Assembly (NCBI GenBank): GCA_965223795.1
Contig: CBDCXL010000002.1
Location: 480,001-544,000 of the forward strand
Length of the DNA: 64,000 bases
Direction of reading: 5' to 3'
Origin: Nitrospinales bacterium
Lineage (GTDB): Bacteria; Nitrospinota; Nitrospinia; Nitrospinales; VA-1
The position numbers and the translations under genes were made by a program. Below are positions 54,603-62,862 of this stretch, one piece after another. Below the pieces are notes generated by a model. The model was not told where the DNA came from. It saw nothing but the letters and a program-made list of their open reading frames with translations, and made no database searches. Within the stretch, counting starts at the first letter, position 1, and each line of letters opens with the position of its first letter.

Positions 54603-55466
54603 TCAGAACAGATCCTCGGCCTGCTTCGCCAGCCGGTCGGATTTCACTTTCGCCACTTCGTTGGCCAGCCGCCGCCCGGGCAAAACGTTTGCCGGAGTCT
54701 CATACACGCGGCTCAAAAGCTTTTCGAACAGCTCCACGTTCTGGTTCTGCACGGCGTAGGTTTTGGCATACAGGTAATGGGTCATCAGGAATTTATTTTC
54801 GGTCAGGGCCAGATTGCGCTCGAAATGAAAGCGGGCTTTTTCCGGATCGCCTCCCAAAAGTTTGCTGCGGCTGCCGTAGAACACGCCTAAAAACAGGTGC
54901 GGCCCGGCGGCATAATAGGTCTCGTCGAGCTTGAGCGCCGCCTTCATCACCGCTTCGATCTTCGACACGTCCGCGAATGCCTGCGGCTTATCCAGGCTCA
55001 ACATCAGCCAGCCGCCCCAGCACTGCCCCAGCCAGAACAGGGAGGGCAACTGATCCTTCTCCACGTTTCCGAGAGCGGTTTTGATTTCGTCCAGGCTTCT
55101 GTTTTCGAGCCCCTCGACACCGGCTTCCGCCGCGAGGGCGCGGGAGGCGTACTGGCGGCCCCTGAGATACATGGCCTGGGCGCGTCCCGGTTCGGTTTCC
55201 TCGAGGAAGCTGAACGCATAGCCGCAGTACCCTTCGGCCAGCCGGTTGAGCAGGAGCGGGTTGTCCGCGTCCTGTCTTAAAAAACCCTCCATCATTTTCA
55301 GGCTGGCAGGCATGGCCTTTTCGGCCAGTTGCGGGTCGTTTTCCTCCTGAATCGAGGCGTACTGCCCTTCGACCAGGGGCAGGGCCATTCTGAGCGCCAG
55401 CCTTTCGGTGGAGCAGCCCTGTGAAACGATTAAGAGTAGTAAAATCAACCCGGCGTTTCTTTTCAT
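54603..55466 (-). CDS. TRAP transporter TatT component (TPR lipoprotein)
   Basis: Lipobox-like SQGC; DETYY..GPH, LGGDPEKARFHFERNL; adjacent to a dctP-like gene. Confidence 0.82.
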   Translation of the reverse strand: MKRNAGLILLLLIVSQGCSTERLALRMALPLVEGQYASIQEENDPQLAEKAMPASLKMMEGFLRQDADNPLLLNRLAEGYCGYAFSFLEETEPGRAQAMYLRGRQYASRALAAEAGVEGLENRSLDEIKTALGNVEKDQLPSLFWLGQCWGGWLMLSLDKPQAFADVSKIEAVMKAALKLDETYYAAGPHLFLGVFYGSRSKLLGGDPEKARFHFERNLALTENKFLMTHYLYAKTYAVQNQNVELFEKLLSRVYETPANVLPGRRLANEVAKVKSDRLAKQAEDLF

Positions 55467-55518
55467 AGGTCGTTCATGTTACCAAAACCTTGCACCCCCA
55501 ACAACCGTTTGCGGTTGT

Positions 55519-55547
55519 TTGACATAAAATAGCCCTTTTGTTACCAT
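55519..55547 (+). promoter_or_regulatory. Sigma-70 promoter
   Basis: TTGACA-17 bp-TACCAT. Confidence 0.6.
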
Positions 55548-55587
55548 TCGGCTGGAGCCGTACAGCAAGGGTATTTTTTCAGGAGCC

Positions 55588-55821
55588 ATGCGATTGAGTT
55601 CCGATAACGCCACCCAGGATACCGGGATGCGGCGCATGAAACGGGTTCTTTTCGGCATCGGCGGCGTGTTCGTAGTGATCGGCATCGTCCGTCAGTGGCC
55701 GGTGTGGGGCAAGAGCTACCGGGAATTCATCGAGGGCGACGGCTACCTCGCGCTGATGCTGGGATTGATCGTGATCGTCCTGGGGTTTTCGGTGCGGCTG
55801 TTCACCGGCGGCGAATCCTGA
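55588..55821 (+). CDS. Small 2-TM hypothetical protein
   Basis: Two hydrophobic segments; upstream promoter; start uncertain. Confidence 0.65.
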   Translation: MRLSSDNATQDTGMRRMKRVLFGIGGVFVVIGIVRQWPVWGKSYREFIEGDGYLALMLGLIVIVLGFSVRLFTGGES

Positions 55822-55879
55822 ACGTTTCGCCAGCGGGCGGCGCCGCAGTTTCATCCACCAACAGCAAAAGGCTGAAGAC

Positions 55880-56263
55880 ATGGAAACGGAAGGCGAAGGT
55901 TTCATCATCAAGGACAAACGCTCCTCGCAGCTTTCCGAGGAAGAGGCGGCATCGCAGAAAGAGCCCGAACGGGCAAAAGAACCGGAAGCCGAACCGCAGG
56001 CCGCAGGAGAACAGAATTTTCAGATCGATTTTTCCACGTTCGTGCTTTCCCTGACCTCATCGGCGTTTTACCACCTGGGAGACATGCCCGACCCCAGCAC
56101 GGGCAAAACCGAGACCAACCTGCCCGCGGTGCAGCAGACCATCGACATGCTGATCATGCTCAAAGAGAAAACGCAGGGCAACCTGACCGCCGACGAAGGC
56201 AAGCTTCTGGATCAACTGGTGTATGAACTGCAGATGAAGTATCTGGAAAAGACGAAAAAATGA
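55880..56263 (+). CDS. DUF1844 family protein
   Basis: FSTFVLSL...LG..PDP...IDML..L.EKT.GNL..E..LL...LQM. Confidence 0.85.
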   Translation: METEGEGFIIKDKRSSQLSEEEAASQKEPERAKEPEAEPQAAGEQNFQIDFSTFVLSLTSSAFYHLGDMPDPSTGKTETNLPAVQQTIDMLIMLKEKTQGNLTADEGKLLDQLVYELQMKYLEKTKK

Positions 56264-56306
56264 CACCCCGCCGCTGGCGGCCCCCTCCTCCCCGGATTTT
56301 CCCGGA

Positions 56307-57371
56307 TCAGTAAATCAAAAGAAACATCAGGTGGTAGACGATCAGCACGATCAGCAGGCTGGATAGCACGATGTGCGAGCCGAGCCACCACCTGAGCACC
56401 CATTGCAGGCTGTGGTGGATGTCGAGCTGGTGCTTTTCGAAGCACAGGCTGCGGATGGTGTCGAGAACGCGGCGTTCTTCTTTTTTGAGGAACAGGGTGA
56501 CGGTGTCGAATTTGTGGCTGAATCCCGTGTTTCCCAGGTACCCGGAAAACAGCAGCGAACGCTGGAAGCAGACGCCCTTGAAATGCGGCAACACCTCCTG
56601 CTCGCAGAAGCTGGACAGGGTCTTTGAAAGCTGGTTCCTCGATTTGAGATCTTCCAGGAGGGAAAGGACGTCCTCCCGCAGGCACTCGATGCGGAAGGGA
56701 ATGGTTTCGTAGACCGCTTCGCAGTCGAGGCTGGAGAGCTTGAGCGGAATCCACTTTTGCAGCACCAGCCCGGCCAGCGAAGTCAGCAGCAGAACGATCT
56801 GCGTGTAAAAAAGGATGTTGGAAAACAAGCCCACGGGAGCCTGAAAGTTGATGTGGGACAACAGAATGAGCGACACCGCCGCCCCGGCGTAGATATGAAA
56901 CTGCCTCCAGTTTCTCGAAAGGCCCAACGCGGCGAACGGGGCCAGCTTTTTCCTGAGGCTGTACAGCGCGCAGATGAGCACCAGCGTCACCATGAGCGAC
57001 CCGGTGATGATCTTTTCGGTTTCAAAATCCAGACGCCGGTCGATGGCGAAATATCCGGAAAACAGGACCTGCATCGAGGCGAGGGACACAATGCCGAGGT
57101 AGTGGCTCCGGGGCAGCAGGCGTTTGTTGACCTGCGCGAACAGCAGCACATACGCGCCCAGAAAACAATACAGATGCGCCCCGAAGACGTTCGCATCCAG
57201 AAATTCATCCACGATCATTCCGACGGCAAGGCAAGCGAGAAACCCAAGTCCCCAGTTTCGCACAATGCCGGACAGGCTGAGTCTCGGTCCGCTGCTGTGC
57301 GCGGCGCGCATTCCCCAGGTTTCCTTAAAGGAAACGGGGCTGGTCTTTTCGGGTTTGAGGATCGCTTTCAT
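56307..57371 (-). CDS. Multi-TM membrane protein with four TM-associated His (putative cytochrome b)
   Basis: WRQFHIYAG...LLSH and WLGSHIVLS...VYH. Confidence 0.7.
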   Translation of the reverse strand: MKAILKPEKTSPVSFKETWGMRAAHSSGPRLSLSGIVRNWGLGFLACLAVGMIVDEFLDANVFGAHLYCFLGAYVLLFAQVNKRLLPRSHYLGIVSLASMQVLFSGYFAIDRRLDFETEKIITGSLMVTLVLICALYSLRKKLAPFAALGLSRNWRQFHIYAGAAVSLILLSHINFQAPVGLFSNILFYTQIVLLLTSLAGLVLQKWIPLKLSSLDCEAVYETIPFRIECLREDVLSLLEDLKSRNQLSKTLSSFCEQEVLPHFKGVCFQRSLLFSGYLGNTGFSHKFDTVTLFLKKEERRVLDTIRSLCFEKHQLDIHHSLQWVLRWWLGSHIVLSSLLIVLIVYHLMFLLIY

Positions 57372-57420
57372 CGCATTCGTTGCGGCGGGACGGGTGCGTC
57401 CGCCGGTTTTAAATTCAACG

Positions 57421-60063
57421 TCACTGCTGTTGCACGCCGTTTTCCGGCAGGTTCACGGTTCCTGCAATTGCGTCCCGCCCGGGACTGAAGATCTCTTCGA
57501 AGGACAGCCGGTGCAGCGCATCGGTGGGACAGGCGCGCACGCAGGCGGGGCTGCCCGTCTCCACGCACAGGTCGCACTTCATGGCCTTGACCACCGGTTC
57601 GTTCGCCGGTCCCGCTGTCTTGTACTCGACCGTACCGTCGCCGGCGACGGATTCGGCGACGGGCAGGGAAACGATGTTGTCGTAGATGCAGTTTTCCTGG
57701 CACAGCGTGCACCCCACGCAGGTGTCCAGGTCGATCAGCACTTCGCCTTTTTCGTGCGAACGGTACAACGCGCCGCTGGGACAGCCGATCATGCAGACGG
57801 GATCCTGGCAGTGCATGCAGGCATGCGGAAACAGCAGGTTGCCGAATTTACTGCCTTCGCGCACGAAGCGGGGGGTGCCCTCGTGGGAATCGGCGCAGGC
57901 CTGCACGCAGTCGTCGCAGCGGGTGCAGCGGTCGAGGTTGATGACCATGATGCTCTGCCCGTTGAGCAGCTGGTTTTCGATGCCGTAATTGAGCAGCGAC
58001 CGGTCCCCCACCTGGGTTTCCAGCGATTTGATCATCTCGCTGCGAAAGCGGGCGGCCCAGGTGATTTTCTCGCGCACCGCTTCGATGGCGAACAGCTTTT
58101 GCAAAAGCTCAGGATCGAGCCTCAGGACCTGCACGTTGTTGTCGGCGGTCGCGGAATAAGCCATGCCGCCGCCTTCGGCCAGCGGCGCGGCTCCGACGAA
58201 ATCGCCCGTTTCCAGGTAATCGAAATTCAGCTCCTTCTCCTGCATTTTTTTGGAGAGGCGCACGAACCCGGCGAGGATGATGTAAAACGCGTCGTCGCAC
58301 TGGTTTTCATCGACAATGCGGTCGCCGGGCTTGAAGGACAACAGACCGGCGTCGCGGATCAGGGTTTCCTGCAGCCCGGTCCCGCATTCGGCGAACAGCT
58401 CGGCGTTTTTGACGTAACGGGATAGCGTCTGCTGGCGGAAATGGTTTTCGATGTACTTCTGCACGTTGCGGCTGATGCGGGACAGCCCCCTGAGCGCCTG
58501 GATCTTGATTTCCAGCGCGTGTACCGGCTTATCGAAGCCGGGATCGCTGATGACGGTGGCGGTGCGGTACGACCGGAACAGCACGGACAGCTCGCCGATC
58601 AGCTCGCCGGGGCCGAGGGTTGCCGTCTTGTCTTCGCACACCGGAGCGCCGTCGCGGTTTAAAACGGTTTCGGGAAGAAAGAACGGGTGCCGGGCGCGGC
58701 CTTCGCGGTCGCAGCCGTAGGCGTCCACGTCGTAATCCCGCTGCGAAAACCGGACGTCCCGTGTGGTGATCAGCTCGTGGCCGCGGGGATTTTTTTTCAG
58801 CAGCGCCTTGAGGCGTTCGAACACCGTCCGCTTCCTCTGCGGCTTTCTGCCGAGCTGGGTCAGGTCCAAAGGTTCCAGATACACGCGCGCCCGGCCTTCG
58901 AGGATGAAAAACGCGGAGTCGCCGTACTCGCCTTCGCGGACGATCACTTCACCGGGAGCGTAGCGCCGGTGGACGATGTGCGGCAGCAGCTCTTCGAGCT
59001 TGATGGGGCACAGGTCCGCAAACAGATCGATCGAATGCACTTCCTCCAGCGTCGCCGCGTGCGGCGGCATCGGCGTCCGGGAAGGCAAAAACGCCTCCTT
59101 GTGGCAGCGGGCGGAAGCGATGCCCTGTTCTTTGGCGCAGGACAGCGTGCGGTCCATCAAAGATTCCGGACCGCAGGTGTAGACGGACACTTCTCCCTTG
59201 AGCACGGTGAGCGATTGCGCGATCGCTTTTTCGTGGATCCTCCCGGTCTCGCCTTTCCAGCCGGGATCGGGCTGGCTCAGGAACAGCCTGAGCACGAAAT
59301 TGGGATTCTGCCGCTCCAGTTCCTTCAGTTCGTTCCAAAAGACGAGATCCCTTACGCTGCGGGCGCCGTAAAGCAGAATGATTTTCCCGGCAGAACCTGT
59401 GGCGGTGCGCGAACGCAGCATGCTCATGAGCGGCGTGATGCCCACCCCCGCGCCGACGAGCAGCACGTCCTCGGCGCTGTCCGGATCGAGGGTGAAGCCG
59501 CCGCGGGGACGCTTGAGATGCACCGTGTCGCCTTCCCTGAGATTGAAGTGAAGGTGACTGCTGACCCGCCCCTGCGGTTTCCGTTTGACGGTGATCTCCA
59601 GATAATCCTTCTCGAAACAGGAAGAGGAGATGGAATAGCAGCGGTAACTCTTGCGCTCGTTGACGTGCGTGGACAAGGTGACGAACTGGCCGGGAAGAAA
59701 ATCGAAATTGCCGCCCTCCTCAAGAACGAGGTGGTAGGACTGAACGTCCGGGGTGCGCGGGATCACCCGCACGACCCGCGCCGGCCATTCCTTTTCCTCG
59801 TACGTGGTGTGGCACACCAGATCGGACCGGGGGTGGGACACGCAGGCAAGCACGGTCTCTCCCTGTTCCGGGTGGACGGACGCGGAGCTGCCCGTGCCCT
59901 GCACTTCCCCTTCGATTCTCCGTATGGTGCAGGTTCCGCAGTCGCCCTTGCGGCAGCTGTACGGAATGTCGATGCCCGCCCGCTCGGAGGCCTCGAGGAT
60001 GGTCATCCCCTCCGGAACTTCGATGGTCTTTTGAATGTCGTGAAACAGGATCTGATACGACAT
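57421..60063 (-). CDS. Fusion: [2Fe-2S] ferredoxin + FNR-type FAD/NAD(P) reductase + 2 cNMP-binding domains + 4x[4Fe-4S] domain
   Basis: CRKGDCGTC..C; RCYSISS, GRVS, GAGVGITP, CGP, EAF; REGEYGDSAFFILEG..GE..RTATV; CTRCDDC, CMHC..CP, CVGCTLC, CDLC..CP. Confidence 0.88.
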   Translation of the reverse strand: MSYQILFHDIQKTIEVPEGMTILEASERAGIDIPYSCRKGDCGTCTIRRIEGEVQGTGSSASVHPEQGETVLACVSHPRSDLVCHTTYEEKEWPARVVRVIPRTPDVQSYHLVLEEGGNFDFLPGQFVTLSTHVNERKSYRCYSISSSCFEKDYLEITVKRKPQGRVSSHLHFNLREGDTVHLKRPRGGFTLDPDSAEDVLLVGAGVGITPLMSMLRSRTATGSAGKIILLYGARSVRDLVFWNELKELERQNPNFVLRLFLSQPDPGWKGETGRIHEKAIAQSLTVLKGEVSVYTCGPESLMDRTLSCAKEQGIASARCHKEAFLPSRTPMPPHAATLEEVHSIDLFADLCPIKLEELLPHIVHRRYAPGEVIVREGEYGDSAFFILEGRARVYLEPLDLTQLGRKPQRKRTVFERLKALLKKNPRGHELITTRDVRFSQRDYDVDAYGCDREGRARHPFFLPETVLNRDGAPVCEDKTATLGPGELIGELSVLFRSYRTATVISDPGFDKPVHALEIKIQALRGLSRISRNVQKYIENHFRQQTLSRYVKNAELFAECGTGLQETLIRDAGLLSFKPGDRIVDENQCDDAFYIILAGFVRLSKKMQEKELNFDYLETGDFVGAAPLAEGGGMAYSATADNNVQVLRLDPELLQKLFAIEAVREKITWAARFRSEMIKSLETQVGDRSLLNYGIENQLLNGQSIMVINLDRCTRCDDCVQACADSHEGTPRFVREGSKFGNLLFPHACMHCQDPVCMIGCPSGALYRSHEKGEVLIDLDTCVGCTLCQENCIYDNIVSLPVAESVAGDGTVEYKTAGPANEPVVKAMKCDLCVETGSPACVRACPTDALHRLSFEEIFSPGRDAIAGTVNLPENGVQQQ

Positions 60064-60086
60064 CGGGTTTCCTCTTGGTTCCCGGT

Positions 60087-61421
60087 TCAACGGATTTCGC
60101 CCCCGGGCGTGTCTTTTTTGCTGCCGGCCGCGATCAGAGTCGATAGCTTGGCCGGGTCGGGTTTTTTATGAAACAGGTGACAGTGAGTGCACTCGTTTTT
60201 CACGCTGCGCTTGTTGTGGCAGTTGAAGCAATGTTTCTTCTCCACCAGGATGTTGCGGTCCTCCAGGCCTTCGCTGCTTAAAATCGACTCGTGGCACTGT
60301 TCACAGCCCACACGGGCGTGTTTTTTGTGCGGGAATACTTTGTTGGATGCGGAGTCCGGATGCGGCAATACCGGAGTCAGCGACACCGCCGCCGTGATGG
60401 CCACCGCCCCGGCTTTGTGCGGCTCTTTTTCCGCATCGGCCACGGTATGGCATTTCAAGCAATTGAGTGTGGCGCCCTTGCGCCCCTGCGAGAGGATGTC
60501 TTCCACCTGCTCCGGCGAAACGCCCTCTCTGGAAAACCAGTATTTCAGGTAGGGGTCTTTGTGCACGGGCACGTATTTGAACGCCGCCGGCCGCCGTCTT
60601 CGCTTGTTGCCCTTGCGGTACTCGAAGCGGGAGAGAAAAGTGTCGAAGGATTCCACGCCGAACTTGCCGACCACATCCTCGATGGATTGGGCCAGCTGTT
60701 CGGCTTTCTCGGCGCTGAATACTTTGGTCAACATCAGCTCCTGATGCGGGTGGCATTCCCTGCAGTCGGCGTTGAAATCGATCGCCTTGAAATCCACGAA
60801 CCCCTGGCCGGAATCGAGGTTGTGGCACAGGACGCATTCTTTCTCGAAACTGCTGTTCATTTTTTCGGAATAGCGCTCGTTGATTTGATGCGTCTTGTGG
60901 CTGAACTGAAGTCCGATGCCTTTCAGGTTCTGGGCTTCCAGCTTTTTCGGATTGAAGTCGGGGTGGTCGCGGTCCGCGTCGTGGATGGAATGGCAGTCCC
61001 GGCACGGCCGGTCGGCGACCTGGGCCAGGCGGGCCTCGCGGCCCCGGTGCTCGATGTGGCAGTCCACGCAGTAACGCTGCCGGATCTTGCGTTCCTCAAC
61101 ACCGGGCTTGCGGTGGCTGGAAACGTGAAACTTGAGCGGCTTGTCGTCGATGTGGCAGCGGACGCACTGTTCTTCCATCGCCGCCTCGGCGCGGGTCCAG
61201 TTCTGCGTGTGGCAGGTGTTGCACTGACTGCCCAGCGTGGCGTGGGATGAGGAAAGCGGCCCCTCTCCCGCGAAAAAATTGGTTCCGGCAAACAAATCGA
61301 GTCCAAAGAAAATCAGGGTGACGACGATGATGACCGCAATCGGTTTGAGCAGCCGCGGCGACTGACGCGGCGGGTTGTAGCGGTTCGGGAATCGTGTTTT
61401 GTTTTTTCTTTCGAAAGGCAT
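60087..61421 (-). CDS. Membrane-anchored decaheme cytochrome c
   Basis: N-terminal TM; 10 CxxCH (CNTCH, CVRCH, CVDCH, CRDCH, CVLCH, CRECH, CLKCH, CEQCH, CFNCH, CTHCH). Confidence 0.9.
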   Translation of the reverse strand: MPFERKNKTRFPNRYNPPRQSPRLLKPIAVIIVVTLIFFGLDLFAGTNFFAGEGPLSSSHATLGSQCNTCHTQNWTRAEAAMEEQCVRCHIDDKPLKFHVSSHRKPGVEERKIRQRYCVDCHIEHRGREARLAQVADRPCRDCHSIHDADRDHPDFNPKKLEAQNLKGIGLQFSHKTHQINERYSEKMNSSFEKECVLCHNLDSGQGFVDFKAIDFNADCRECHPHQELMLTKVFSAEKAEQLAQSIEDVVGKFGVESFDTFLSRFEYRKGNKRRRRPAAFKYVPVHKDPYLKYWFSREGVSPEQVEDILSQGRKGATLNCLKCHTVADAEKEPHKAGAVAITAAVSLTPVLPHPDSASNKVFPHKKHARVGCEQCHESILSSEGLEDRNILVEKKHCFNCHNKRSVKNECTHCHLFHKKPDPAKLSTLIAAGSKKDTPGGEIR

Positions 61422-61751
61422 GCTCGGCTTCTTCTGAAAAAATTCCCGAAAATGGACTTCTGGCCTCTACGCCGCCCGGCAGCTCCCGGCCCAAGCTAAT
61501 GGAAATCTATTTTCTAGTCTTATAAAGTTATATAAAGTTTGAGCTTATGCAATCCCTCGAACCAGTGAATTTTCAATTTCGCAGCATTTTTATTCGATTG
61601 ACAATATTTACATTTACATCATTTTTTCGGCGCGCAATATCGCCCATCCGATTTTGATCGATCGCGGATGCGGCGGGCCCGGAAACGCCGCTTTCGGGAA
61701 ACAAGCTCTTTCAAATCAAGCCGGTTTCACATCCCGCCCCGGCGCCGGGGC

Positions 61752-62732
61752 TCAATCTTTTTTGATGCGGACGTAATCTTTTTCTTCGGGGAAGGGAAAC
61801 ACGCTCAATTGGGCGGCGGTCAAATTCTGCTTGTCGATTTCTTCAATGTAGGTTTTGACGGCCTGTTTCACTTCCTCCGTCACGGAACCGGCCAGCCCCG
61901 GATCGGCCGCGACCTTGCCCGTCACCGTGATGAGTCCTTCCAGGTTCGCGGAAGGCAGGGCGTTCTGGATCGTCTTCAGATCCTGGTGGCATTGATTCAA
62001 AATAGCCTGGTTCTTCTTGAAAAATTCGCTGCCGGGGGACGCTTCGGCGAGCCTTTCGATCGCGAACTGAACCTGAAAGGCCTTGTCCGCGATCCAGATC
62101 TTGCCGATCTTGCGGGTCGTCTTTTTATCCAGGTTTCCTTCCTCTTTATCCTTTTTGCTCCACGCCCAGTGCTTGAAGTCGCCCTGGCTGTAGCGGATCA
62201 GTTCGAATTTATCGCCGATCTTGTGCCCGGCCTTGAAGTAGTCCTCGCCCACACCGCGGTGGCAGTTGAAGCAGTCGATCGACCACTGGTACAGATCCCG
62301 TGTGGGGCGCATGCCCTTGTCCACCGCTTCGCTGATCTTGCCTTTTTTGTCGTGGACCTCGATCCACTCCTCGGCGGGGTTGTGGCAGGTTTCGCAGATC
62401 ACGCCGAACAGCCCTTTTTCCTCCTCGGTCAGCTTTTCATAATTGGACGCGACTTCGGTGCCGTGGCAGCGGATGCATTTTTCATCTTCAAAATGATCGG
62501 CCACCTGCATCTTGTCGGCGATCTTCTGGCCTTCCTCCTCGTACTTTTCGTTGAAAAAGGTTTCATGGGGGTGATTGAGCAACTTATCGAAGATACTTTG
62601 ATGGCAGTTGGAGTCGGAACACTGTTTGGGGCCGACGATCTTATTGCCGGAATACACCGGTGACGCTGCAAGCAATAGGAATAACAACACCGCACACCCC
62701 TGCAATGCAATCTGGAACTTTTGTGCCATCAT
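61752..62732 (-). CDS. Periplasmic cytochrome c554-like tetraheme protein
   Basis: Signal peptide; VG...CSDSNCH (CX4CH), CIRCH, GVICETCH, CFNCH, AGH. Confidence 0.82.
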   Translation of the reverse strand: MMAQKFQIALQGCAVLLFLLLAASPVYSGNKIVGPKQCSDSNCHQSIFDKLLNHPHETFFNEKYEEEGQKIADKMQVADHFEDEKCIRCHGTEVASNYEKLTEEEKGLFGVICETCHNPAEEWIEVHDKKGKISEAVDKGMRPTRDLYQWSIDCFNCHRGVGEDYFKAGHKIGDKFELIRYSQGDFKHWAWSKKDKEEGNLDKKTTRKIGKIWIADKAFQVQFAIERLAEASPGSEFFKKNQAILNQCHQDLKTIQNALPSANLEGLITVTGKVAADPGLAGSVTEEVKQAVKTYIEEIDKQNLTAAQLSVFPFPEEKDYVRIKKD

Positions 62733-62862
62733 TGAAGAGTCCTCCTTTCTTGATTGGATCCTGGAGAACAGAGTTGCCCGGGTACTGCCATGACTCTGTC
62801 AGGCCGGTTGCGGCCCCGTTTTAATTGAACAAACAAATCTGTAGAACAAAGCGGACCGCGGG

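Noticed and set aside
61546..61565. Sigma-54-like TGG...TTGCA upstream of the decaheme gene
   Set aside because: GG-to-GC spacing is 11 rather than the required 10
62775..62790. GG-N10-GC upstream of the c554-like gene
   Set aside because: The -12 element lacks TTGC; too weak to call
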